A stretch of DNA of 64,000 bases from Candidatus Latescibacterota bacterium (GTDB lineage: Bacteria > Latescibacterota > UBA2968). Of this stretch, positions 7,453-16,301 are shown piece after piece. Below the pieces are notes generated by a model, which made no database searches, was not told where the DNA came from, and worked only from the letters and a program-made list of their open reading frames with translations. The stretch spans positions 4,128,001-4,192,000 of the forward strand of contig OZ242195.1 in assembly GCA_965205975.1 (NCBI GenBank), written 5' to 3'. The translations under genes were made by a program, and so were the position numbers. Position 1 is the stretch's first letter. Every line of letters starts with the position of its first letter.

Positions 7453-10332
7453 TCAGAAACCTGTCGGGTTGTTGCCGGGTTTTATGCGGCATTCCTCGGT
7501 GAGTGCCTGTGAAATTTGTTCGGGATCGTCCATGAAGCCCAGGACCTCTGCGCGCTTCCGCACGTTGGCAAAGTCCGCGGGGGTGAGTTTGGTCAGCGCG
7601 AGTGCCGAAGACGGTGCTTTGCAGTTGAAAAACAATTCAAAGGCGCGGTTAATGCGCGGTTGGTCCAAAAAGTAAAACTGGATGCGAAATAGGAAGCGGC
7701 GTGCGGATGCCTCGTCGAGGCTGTCTCCCCGGTTCGTGGTGCAGGCAAATGGGAGGGGATGCCGCTCCATCTGGCTGAGCAATTCGTTGACCATGCTCAC
7801 TTCCCAACTGCGTTGGGCAGATTGACGGTTCATCAGAAGCGAATCCACTTCGTCGAAGATCAGAAATGCGTTCTTCTCAAGTGCCGCGGCAAAAGCAGAG
7901 GCAATCTGTTCCTCGGTTCCTCCGACGAATGCGTTCAAAAGATCGGATGCCCGTTTGCATAACACATCCATCCCCATCTGCTCGGCGATGTAGTGTGCAA
8001 AAGCCGTTTTGCCCGTACCGGGAGGACCACACAAGCAGAGCGAGAACTGGCGCGTATCAAGCCCGATGATCCGCTCGACCAGTGTCGGGAGATCCTTATC
8101 TGCGTGGATAAGGGCCGGGTCGTATTGTGCAATGGGCAGCATGTCGGGAGAACGCACGCCATAGCGCAGTTTTTCTTTTTGATCGATGTTGCGCTTGATC
8201 GTCTCACTGAGTTTGTGTTTGGTCGCACAGGTGGAATGATCTCGCACGAGAACAGCCTGTTTGGTCGCTAAAGTGACCTGGCGAGGGGTCACTTTGTTTT
8301 TATGTGCCAGTTCTTCGGCCAGTTGTCTGGTCTCGCTGTCTGACATACCCGCCTGGCGCAGGATATCCGCATAAACGGTTTCTCGGCTGCGAACAGGTAT
8401 GTGGCGAAACTCAATGGCGTATAGAATGCGGTCGATGAAGAACGACTTAAACATGCGGTAGAACTCAATTGAGTTACACGTCCAGATAATGGGCACCGGG
8501 TTCGCTTCGACAATGCGGTTCAGCCAGTGTTTTTGCGGCTGGCGAAAGTCTTCCATCTCATCAAAGAGAATCGCGGCATTTGGTTCGTCTGCCAAGGCTT
8601 CGAGGGCATAATCCAATGTCTCTGTGCGGCCTGCACTCAGGCGTGCCTGTGGACCGATTTCATTTTCCCCGATGGCGTATAAACGCGCGCCGACCTCGCC
8701 GCAAAGGGTGCGCGCAAACTCGGTTTTGCCAGTGCCCGGCGGTCCGTACAGGAGGATATTGATCCCCTTCTCTTTCTTCTCTATCACTGCGGCAAGGGTA
8801 TCTCGCACAGCGTCCGCATCTTGTCCGAGGTGTGAAAATGCCGCCCACGGAACCTTTGCCTCGATGGGTGGTCCCAGGCGCGGACGGGCACTGTGTGTGG
8901 CGATGGTGCGTTCCAGCCGCTCGCAGAAGTGGTAAATATCACGCTCGCCACCACCGATGAGGCGGGTGTTTTCGATAGCTTGTGCCAGAAGACCAGGAGG
9001 ACACTCGAGTTGATCGACCAGACGCCGCGCGCATGCGACCGCATCAATGCCCTCGATATTGCTTTTTTCCAACATCTGTTGCAGAATTGCGGTTTGGCGG
9101 GTCGGGCTGTGAGCTGTGAAGGTGAGGATATAGGTGAAACGCCGCAACATGCTTTCGTCTAAGTGATCCAGACGATTGGCTGTATAGACCACGGGCACGG
9201 GAGTATTTTCCAGCAGGCGGTGGTTCATCAGGCGGGTGCCCCGGATGGAATCCAGAACGTCCTCGGCCTCGTCGCACAAGATCGCGGCATCGGGAACGGA
9301 TCGTAAGAGAACTTGAGCCAGGTGCAACTGGTTGCGGCGTCTGGTGCCAGCCTTGGCCGCGCTATCGAAAGGTTCCTGATCTTCCCGGTTCGGCTCGCCG
9401 ATGGAAAAGAGGGATGTGCCGGCCGCCTGCGATAGGGTTTTGGCAAATTCGGTTTTCCCGGTGCCTGCCCGCCCAACCAGCAGGATATTGACCCCCGGCG
9501 TAGATAGGTCTTTGTGCCGCCTTTGCACAACTGCGCGAAGCAGGCGCACGGCCTCATCCCGATCCTCGAGGTATGCGAAGTCGCTCAGGTGCAGCGTGGC
9601 TTCGCAGGGCTGACCGACCAGACGCGCCACCAATTCATCCAGATCCCGTACGGGCGGATGCCATACGCGGGAAAAATATTTATGTGTGTAGTCGGTGGGA
9701 TCAGTGCGATTAGAGCGCAGATCTTCCAGGTCAGTAATACCCGCATCGGCCAGTTCGCGGAACGCATCCTTGACTTCTTCGCACGCGCAACCCAACAAGA
9801 TCGCAGTCGCTGTGAAATGGTCATGGATATCAGAGAACTCATCCCACAGGTTTTGGGTTAGAGAATCACAGTCATAACAGCATCTCAGGGTGAGTAGGGC
9901 GTGAGCTACGGATCCTAAAGAAAAACGCTGAACAATGAGACGGGTTGCTATCTCTTCAGGGGAAGGTGCGGGCTGCTGTTGTGTTTTCTCTTTAAACGTT
10001 TTTACCGCGTAGTCGAAGAATTGGTTTTGCTCTGGCTGATCGTCTTCCCGTTTTCTCTTCCTGTCAAATATCCTGTCGTACTCCTGTAGGAGAGAAGGGT
10101 CCAGTGTTTCCAGAGGATCATTATAGTGTCCGATCCAGTCGTGTATTGCCTTTTGCACCCGTCGATCCCTCTTTACTTTGCCAAGTGCGTTCAGCATGTA
10201 GATGCGGTTCATGTACAGGCTGTATTCATTGATGTATAGACTATCTTCATTGTCAATCATGGGTAGAATCTCCTTTCGTGTTCTGCGCCTCATATGCCTT
10301 ATAGCGATGCGACTCCTACGACGGTATTTCAT
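7453..10332 (-). CDS. AAA+ ATPase with three AAA modules
   Basis: Walker A GRAGTGKT, GPPGTGKT, GPPGTGKT; Walker B ILCDEAE, ILFDEME, LIFDEVD; arginine-finger motifs LDESMLRRF and LDEASARRF; GGAGG RBS at ATG 10332, second RBS at ATG 10260. Confidence 0.9.
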   Translation of the reverse strand: MKYRRRSRIAIRHMRRRTRKEILPMIDNEDSLYINEYSLYMNRIYMLNALGKVKRDRRVQKAIHDWIGHYNDPLETLDPSLLQEYDRIFDRKRKREDDQPEQNQFFDYAVKTFKEKTQQQPAPSPEEIATRLIVQRFSLGSVAHALLTLRCCYDCDSLTQNLWDEFSDIHDHFTATAILLGCACEEVKDAFRELADAGITDLEDLRSNRTDPTDYTHKYFSRVWHPPVRDLDELVARLVGQPCEATLHLSDFAYLEDRDEAVRLLRAVVQRRHKDLSTPGVNILLVGRAGTGKTEFAKTLSQAAGTSLFSIGEPNREDQEPFDSAAKAGTRRRNQLHLAQVLLRSVPDAAILCDEAEDVLDSIRGTRLMNHRLLENTPVPVVYTANRLDHLDESMLRRFTYILTFTAHSPTRQTAILQQMLEKSNIEGIDAVACARRLVDQLECPPGLLAQAIENTRLIGGGERDIYHFCERLERTIATHSARPRLGPPIEAKVPWAAFSHLGQDADAVRDTLAAVIEKKEKGINILLYGPPGTGKTEFARTLCGEVGARLYAIGENEIGPQARLSAGRTETLDYALEALADEPNAAILFDEMEDFRQPQKHWLNRIVEANPVPIIWTCNSIEFYRMFKSFFIDRILYAIEFRHIPVRSRETVYADILRQAGMSDSETRQLAEELAHKNKVTPRQVTLATKQAVLVRDHSTCATKHKLSETIKRNIDQKEKLRYGVRSPDMLPIAQYDPALIHADKDLPTLVERIIGLDTRQFSLCLCGPPGTGKTAFAHYIAEQMGMDVLCKRASDLLNAFVGGTEEQIASAFAAALEKNAFLIFDEVDSLLMNRQSAQRSWEVSMVNELLSQMERHPLPFACTTNRGDSLDEASARRFLFRIQFYFLDQPRINRAFELFFNCKAPSSALALTKLTPADFANVRKRAEVLGFMDDPEQISQALTEECRIKPGNNPTGF

Positions 10333-10443
10333 GGGCAAAACCTCCCTTCGCTCTAATTCGATTTTTCTCCTTTATCTTTTATGATCTGACCTTACGCAAT
10401 CAACCGCCCCCGCTGTGTTTTTTGTGTTACAAATGAAAATTGA

Positions 10444-10459
10444 AGCAAATACCGTGCCA
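10444..10459 (-). promoter_or_regulatory. Sigma54 (-24/-12) promoter of the AAA-TPR operon
   Basis: Minus strand reads TGGCAC-GGTAT-TTGCT, an exact match to TGGCAC-N5-TTGCW, ~110 bp upstream of the AAA start. Confidence 0.72.
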
Positions 10460-10490
10460 AAGTTTGGACAATAGCTCCCTTTGTGTTCTT

Positions 10491-10540
10491 ATTTTTTTGC
10501 TTTTCTCTACTTTTCTTTGCTTTTCTCTGCTTTTCTCTGT
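10491..10540. repeat. Pyrimidine-rich 10-bp tandem repeat (TTTTCTCTGC-like, about 4-5 units)
   Basis: ttttctctac ttttctttgc ttttctctgc ttttctctgt. Confidence 0.6.
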
Positions 10541-10596
10541 ATCCTCTATGGTTTGTGTGGTTGCTTTTTATTTTTAATTCCCAACCGGAGACCCCA

Positions 10597-12000
10597 ATGC
10601 CCAACCCCAACATCGTCTATATCTTCTTCGACGACCTCGGTTACGGAGACATCCGCTACCTCAATCCCGAATCCAAAATCCAAACCCCGAATATCGACCG
10701 CCTGTCCGCTGAAGGCATGTGCTTCACCGATGTCCACTCGTGCTCCGCCGTGTGCTCCCCCTCGCGCTACGGCGTCTTAACCGGACGCTATTGCTGGCGC
10801 ACCCGATTGCAAAACGGCGTCCTCAACGGATACTCAGAACCCCTCATCGAACCCGACCGCCTGACCGTCGCATCCCTGCTCAAACAACACGGATATCACA
10901 CCGCTTGCATCGGCAAATGGCATGTGGGATTAAACTGGACGCGCAAAAAAGGCGTCCAGAACCTCGAAAATTACAGACTGGGATGGGATCGAGGCGAAGC
11001 CATAGACTTCACCCAACCATTTACCGACGGACCGTGCGACCTCGGATTCGACTACTTTTACGGCATCTCCGCATCCCTGGACATGCCGCCTTATGTCTAT
11101 CTCGAAAACAACCGCACAATCTGTGAACCAACAGCCCGTGCTCCCAAGGGCCTCTTTGGACGCGAGGGACACGCTGCGCCGGGCCTCAAACCCGAACACG
11201 TCATCCCGGACCTCACAAAAAAAGCGGTCTCCTTCATCGAAGAAACTGCAACAGACAAACACCCCTTTTTCCTCTACTATCCCGTAACCGGACCGCACAC
11301 ACCCATCGCGCCAAACAAAGCATTCACAGACAAAAGCCAGGCCGGCAAATACGGCGACTTCGTCGTCGAATGCGACTGGGCAGTGGGGCAAATCATGGAC
11401 GCTGTTGAAAAAGCCGGCGCCACCGATAACACCCTCTTTATCGTCACCAGCGACAACGGACCCGAACGCTTTATGCACGCGCGAAAACAAGAATACAATC
11501 ACTACAGTGCCTATCACTTCCGCGGCTGCAAACGCGACAACTGGGAAGGCGGGCATCGCATCCCCTTTATCGCCCGCTGGCCCGAAAAAGTCGCCGCCGG
11601 ATCCTTCAGCGACGAAATCGTATGTCTCACAGACCTCATCGCAACAGCCGCCGACATTGTCGGCCATACCCTTCCCGAAAATACCGGCGAAGACAGTTGC
11701 AGCATCTTACCCATCCTGACGAGCCAGAACGCGACATCCATCCGCGAAGCCACCGTGCATCACTCATCCAAAGGCGAATTTGCCATCCGCCAGGGCAAAT
11801 GGAAATTGCTCCTCCACCAAAGCTCCGGCGGCAATGATTATCCCGACGACCCAATAGATGATGCTCCCGGCCAACTCTACGACCTGGAAACCGGCTACCG
11901 AGAACGCGAAAACCTCTACGCGCAACACCCCGAAATCGTATCCCGATTGACCGACCTGCTCAACCAGTACAAAACGAGGGGACGCAGTGTCCCCGCATAA
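10597..12000 (+). CDS. Arylsulfatase (Cys-type S1 sulfatase)
   Basis: PNIVYIFFDDLGYGD, CSPSR, GKWH, SDNG, WEGGHRIPF; GGAG RBS before ATG 10597. Confidence 0.95.
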   Translation: MPNPNIVYIFFDDLGYGDIRYLNPESKIQTPNIDRLSAEGMCFTDVHSCSAVCSPSRYGVLTGRYCWRTRLQNGVLNGYSEPLIEPDRLTVASLLKQHGYHTACIGKWHVGLNWTRKKGVQNLENYRLGWDRGEAIDFTQPFTDGPCDLGFDYFYGISASLDMPPYVYLENNRTICEPTARAPKGLFGREGHAAPGLKPEHVIPDLTKKAVSFIEETATDKHPFFLYYPVTGPHTPIAPNKAFTDKSQAGKYGDFVVECDWAVGQIMDAVEKAGATDNTLFIVTSDNGPERFMHARKQEYNHYSAYHFRGCKRDNWEGGHRIPFIARWPEKVAAGSFSDEIVCLTDLIATAADIVGHTLPENTGEDSCSILPILTSQNATSIREATVHHSSKGEFAIRQGKWKLLLHQSSGGNDYPDDPIDDAPGQLYDLETGYRERENLYAQHPEIVSRLTDLLNQYKTRGRSVPA

Positions 12001-12014
12001 ACCCGGAGGAAGCG

Positions 12015-13670
12015 ATGAACGCTTCGGATCTATTTGTCAAAGCACTGGAAAATGAAGGCGTGGAATATATCTACGGCGTGCCGGGAGAAGAAAACCTCGC
12101 CTTTTTGGAAGCCCTTCGCAAATCGAGCATCAAACTCATCCTGACCCGCCACGAACAGGGAGCCGCGTTTATGGCTGCGACTTACGGACGGCTCACGGGC
12201 AAAGCCGGCGTCTGCCTTGCCACACTCGGTCCCGGCGCGACCAACTTTGTGACAGGTGCGGCCTATGCCCAACTGGGCGGCATGCCCCTGCTCATGATCA
12301 CGGGCCAAAAACCCATCAAAAAGAGCAAACAGGGCCAATTTCAGATCATCGACGTTGTAAGCATGATGGAACCCCTCACAAAATACACCCGACAAATCGT
12401 CAACGTAGATATGATCCCCTCCATGGTGCGGGAGGCGTTTCGCCTCGCACAAGAAGAGCGCCCCGGCGCCGTACACCTGGAATTGCCGGAAGATGTCGCC
12501 GAAGAACCCGTTGACGAACACACCACGCCGGTCTTTAACATCAGCACATGCAGGCGCGGCGACGCCAATGAACGCGCCATTGACGACGCGGTAAAAATGA
12601 TCAAAGAAGCCACGCGCCCCTTGCTCCTCCTGGGCGCGGGCACCAACCGCAAACGCATCTGGGAATCCGTGGCGCATTTCCTCGACAAAACCGGCATCCC
12701 CTTTTTCAATACCCAACTGGGCAAAGGCGTCGTTGGCGGCCTCCATCCCCTATTTCTGGGCACCGCAGCACTCTCCGATGGCGACTATCTCCACTGTGCC
12801 ATTGAACGCGCCGATCTGATCATAAACGTCGGACACGATGTCGTGGAAAAACCGCCATTTTTCATGTCACACGACGAAGGGGCAACCCGGGTCATCCACA
12901 TCAACTTCCAATCCGCCGTGGTAGATAATGTCTATTTTCCACAACTGGAAGTAGTAGGCGACATTGCAAATACCATCCGGCGCCTCGCCGACAAAACTGG
13001 CAAAACAGCCTCGCACGATTTCGACTATTACATGCGAATCCGCGACCAAATACAGGAACACATTCGTCTGGGAGAAAACGACAACAGCTTCCCGGTAAAA
13101 CCACAGCGCCTCGTCTGGGACGTCCGCAAAGTCCTGCCCGAAGACGGCATTATTGCGCTGGACAACGGCGTGTACAAAATCTGGTTTGCACGCAACTACC
13201 CAACCACACAACCCAATACCGTATTGCTGGACAACGCCCTTGCCACCATGGGCGCGGGCCTGCCCTCGGCAATGGAAGCCGCGCGGTTTTATCCCAACCG
13301 GCGGGTCATGGCGATTTGCGGCGACGGTGGTTTTATGATGAACAGCCAGGAATTGGAAACAGCCGTAAGACTCAACCTCAATCTCGTCGTCCTGATCTTA
13401 CGAGACAATGCCTACGGCATGATCCGCTGGAAACAATACGGGATGGGGCTTCCCGATTTTGGACTGGAATTTGACAACCCGGATTTTGTCATGTACGCCA
13501 ACAGTTATGGCGCGCATGGACACCGCGTGAAATCCACAGAAATGACCGTACCCCTGCTGGAAAAATGTTATACCAAAGGCGGCGTACACCTCGTCGAAAT
13601 ACCCGTGGATTACTCTGAAAATCAGAAAGTGCTCGTTGATGAACTACAAGCAAAGACTTGTTTATTATAA
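12015..13670 (+). CDS. Acetolactate synthase large subunit (ThDP-dependent)
   Basis: YGVPGEEN, RHEQGAAFMA, TLGPGATN, GDGGFMMNSQE..DNAYGMI ThDP motif. Confidence 0.93.
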   Translation: MNASDLFVKALENEGVEYIYGVPGEENLAFLEALRKSSIKLILTRHEQGAAFMAATYGRLTGKAGVCLATLGPGATNFVTGAAYAQLGGMPLLMITGQKPIKKSKQGQFQIIDVVSMMEPLTKYTRQIVNVDMIPSMVREAFRLAQEERPGAVHLELPEDVAEEPVDEHTTPVFNISTCRRGDANERAIDDAVKMIKEATRPLLLLGAGTNRKRIWESVAHFLDKTGIPFFNTQLGKGVVGGLHPLFLGTAALSDGDYLHCAIERADLIINVGHDVVEKPPFFMSHDEGATRVIHINFQSAVVDNVYFPQLEVVGDIANTIRRLADKTGKTASHDFDYYMRIRDQIQEHIRLGENDNSFPVKPQRLVWDVRKVLPEDGIIALDNGVYKIWFARNYPTTQPNTVLLDNALATMGAGLPSAMEAARFYPNRRVMAICGDGGFMMNSQELETAVRLNLNLVVLILRDNAYGMIRWKQYGMGLPDFGLEFDNPDFVMYANSYGAHGHRVKSTEMTVPLLEKCYTKGGVHLVEIPVDYSENQKVLVDELQAKTCLL

Positions 13671-13732
13671 CGTTATTGCTCCTTGATCATTTTTTTAACA
13701 ATATTAGTCAACAAATCTGTTGACTAATATTT
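13640..13732 (+). repeat. 93-bp direct repeat, copy 1 (ALS 3' end plus 14-bp-arm palindrome)
   Basis: 81/93 identical to 13853-13945; contains aatattagtcaaca-aatc-tgttgactaatatt. Confidence 0.9.
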
Positions 13733-13852
13733 ATTAGCTGACTTAAAATATAACTTCAAATTTATAAAAAACTCGCAGTTGACTCTTCCCCTGCCCCTTG
13801 CCATAGGCGAAGGTGCAATAGGCTTGTTGAATGAGCCTCAAGAACAACTCAT

Positions 13853-13945
13853 TGAACTGCAAACAAAGACTTGTTTATTATGACGTTATTGCTTCCCTAT
13901 CGTTTTTTTAAAAATATTTGTCAACAAATCTGTTGATAAATATTT
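13853..13945 (+). repeat. 93-bp direct repeat, copy 2
   Basis: Encodes ELQTKTCLL* versus ALS ELQAKTCLL*; palindrome retained. Confidence 0.9.
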
Positions 13946-13984
13946 GCCAACAGTGCAATAAATAACTTGCACCGCTGGCATGTC

Positions 13985-15301
13985 CTAATCCATCAACCTC
14001 ACATTGTATTGTCGCGCAGAGGACCGGTATCCGCGATACAGACTCTCATCCAGAGGATGCGGCGTGTAAATATAGATCGCGGAATCCCACGGATTGTACA
14101 GAACCACCTCTTCCCGTTCATCTCCGCACACATCTGCTGGAATGCAGTGATACCATGCCATGCGCCCAACGGGTTCCGGATCCGGAAGACCCGGCAGAGA
14201 GATAGAGGTCCCCTCAAGAGGCAGCCACAGCATCCCACCATTGTACAGAAGCGCAGGCGCGTCCGCCCCATTCCAGTACACAACCTCCATACCCGTATTG
14301 TTGGGCGAAGGATTGAGGCGAAAACCGTTGAGACAATTCCCTTTTGTATCCACAACCATAACATCCGTATTGTGACCCTGATATCGAATCACCATCTGGG
14401 GAGACGGATCGTGCGCGCTAAACCGCGCCACCCTCACCTCCTGACCGTGGGGAACCTTCTCCTCGCCGAGACGCAGAACTACATTTCCACAACCGTCCAT
14501 CACATGTCCAAACCCAGAGCATATGGCACGCATCTGTCCATTATCCCACTCTGTGATAAACACCGAATCCATATTCCATCCAAGTTGCTCTTCCCAGAGC
14601 ACCGTCCCATCGTGATCTAACAAAAAGTATCCGCCATTCACCTCGTCCCTGCCATCGCCGTCAATGTCTCCGACCGAGGGAATGTACGCAGGACATCGGC
14701 TGTACTCGGTCCATTCGGATTCATAGGTCCAGAGTACCTGAAGATCCTCATCAAAAGCAATGACCTTGCCCCCGAGCTTAATCACAAAATCTCGAGGCGT
14801 ATCAGTCCCGCGGAAATTGGCAATCATAATGCGCTGATGCACCCAATTCGCCCCTTGTCCACGACACGACTGCAACTCAGCGGGATTATCTTGCTTCACG
14901 AGATCGCCATTCGCCCCGTCCCGAATCTGAATGACGACATTTGCCATCGAATCGGGATCGGCCTCAACCGCAGGATCCAGGAAAAAGCAAATAACCTCCT
15001 CAGCTCCATCGCCATCAATATCGCAAATAGCGACGGGACCTGGCCGGCTGGGCTGGACGCCACCCTCTCCCACCCGCCACAGAACCTCGCCATCCGCGTT
15101 AAAAGCACCGAGAAAACACGGCTTCATGCCCCCGCCGTCATGCGCATCGTCAACCGACCGGTACACCAGAAAATCCGCCCGCCCCTTTCCCTCGAGATCG
15201 CCCATCCGGATATCCCCGCCATATATACCCTCCTCTGCCGTAACGCAGAACTCAGGCGGAATCTCCACTCGCTTATATAAAATCGGGCTGCCGTATTGCA
15301 T
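13985..15301 (-). CDS. FG-GAP-repeat / rhamnogalacturonan lyase (PL11)-like beta-propeller protein
   Basis: Repeated DxDGDGxxE Ca-binding motifs (CDIDGDGAEE, GDIDGDGRDE, ADVCGDEREE); DHDGTVLW; PHGQ. Confidence 0.65.
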   Translation of the reverse strand: MQYGSPILYKRVEIPPEFCVTAEEGIYGGDIRMGDLEGKGRADFLVYRSVDDAHDGGGMKPCFLGAFNADGEVLWRVGEGGVQPSRPGPVAICDIDGDGAEEVICFFLDPAVEADPDSMANVVIQIRDGANGDLVKQDNPAELQSCRGQGANWVHQRIMIANFRGTDTPRDFVIKLGGKVIAFDEDLQVLWTYESEWTEYSRCPAYIPSVGDIDGDGRDEVNGGYFLLDHDGTVLWEEQLGWNMDSVFITEWDNGQMRAICSGFGHVMDGCGNVVLRLGEEKVPHGQEVRVARFSAHDPSPQMVIRYQGHNTDVMVVDTKGNCLNGFRLNPSPNNTGMEVVYWNGADAPALLYNGGMLWLPLEGTSISLPGLPDPEPVGRMAWYHCIPADVCGDEREEVVLYNPWDSAIYIYTPHPLDESLYRGYRSSARQYNVRLMD

Positions 15302-15345
15302 CGGGTTGCTCCCCTTGTCTTTATGTAGTTCAACAAAAAAATGCC

Positions 15346-15374
15346 TTGAAAGAATATATCTCTCTAACTAAGAT
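15346..15374 (+). promoter_or_regulatory. Putative sigma70 promoter
   Basis: TTGAAA-N17-TAAGAT upstream of the 15466 ORF. Confidence 0.45.
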
Positions 15375-15465
15375 TAAAAAGACAAAACGTCCGGTGTGTC
15401 AGGGTAAGATGGAAGGTGTAGAAAGTAGATAGGATTTGATGTTTGCTACATATTGAGGATCTCAC

Positions 15466-16137
15466 ATGAGCAGAAAGAAAATTTCTTTTCCAAGTTCAAA
15501 TTTTGAATCTGGTATATGTGGATTAAGGGATAATACGACGGGTAAATATTTGGGACATGTGGAAAAAGAACCAGAAAAACTTGGTTTTTATCCTGTGATT
15601 GACGGATTGTTGCCTGAGAGATGGCTGGTAGATATAGAGGGCCTTTGGGGTGAGAAAGAAGCATTGGATATTTTGTCCAAACATACAGGGATACACAGAA
15701 AAAATTTAGAATTGGTACAGCACAGCGAAAATTTTTCTGTATTATCATTTTATCCTGTTGAGAGGACAAACAAGATGCCCAGACAGCGCTTTTGTGCCAC
15801 AGTTGAAAAAATTTACAAAGAACCGAATTATTGGTTTAAGGGACCGGAAGAATTGGAAATGGTACGTTTATCCGATGTGTTTTTAGTTTGTGATAAGTGC
15901 GGAGAAGTATCAGATACACGAGTGCTATTTCATTATGGCACATTTGGAGAATCTATTACATGTACTTATACATCTGTGAGTAAAGGAAAATGGGCTGAGT
16001 ATATTACTGAAGGGGATATTATACATTTTTATGCTCGGTATAGCCAACGAGGGCGTGAGCCAGAAGAATGGACATTAAAAAATATCACAAAGGTCGAAGT
16101 GCGTCGTCGTAAAGTTATTCGTATGAATACAAGGTGA
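15466..16137 (+). CDS. Hypothetical protein (AT-rich; possible OB-fold C-terminal half)
   Basis: 223-aa ORF with GAGG RBS; composition differs from its neighbours. Confidence 0.7.
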   Translation: MSRKKISFPSSNFESGICGLRDNTTGKYLGHVEKEPEKLGFYPVIDGLLPERWLVDIEGLWGEKEALDILSKHTGIHRKNLELVQHSENFSVLSFYPVERTNKMPRQRFCATVEKIYKEPNYWFKGPEELEMVRLSDVFLVCDKCGEVSDTRVLFHYGTFGESITCTYTSVSKGKWAEYITEGDIIHFYARYSQRGREPEEWTLKNITKVEVRRRKVIRMNTR

Positions 16138-16185
16138 TGTGTTCACGAATTTTAATTCTGTTATCAAGAGGGGTATCGTATAATT

Positions 16186-16273
16186 GATCCGTGCGGCGAG
16201 CGGCGTTGGTTTTTTGGATGACAGCTCAAAACATTCTGGATCGCGGCTAAAATCCTGCCGCGATGACGGGATC
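16186..16273. repeat. REP-like palindromic intergenic element
   Basis: ctggatcgcggc-taaaatcct-gccgcgatgacg hairpin within gatccgt..acgggatc ends. Confidence 0.4.
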
Positions 16274-16301
16274 CTCTCTTCTCCCTTTATACCTATATCC
16301 C

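Noticed and set aside
2635..10459. Calling the island a prophage
   Set aside because: No structural, terminase, replication or integrase genes; only phage-like accessory domains are present.
10483..10596. Hydrophobic N-terminal extension of the sulfatase ORF (apparent signal or TM segment)
   Set aside because: It is translation of the pyrimidine tandem repeat; the RBS supports ATG 10597.
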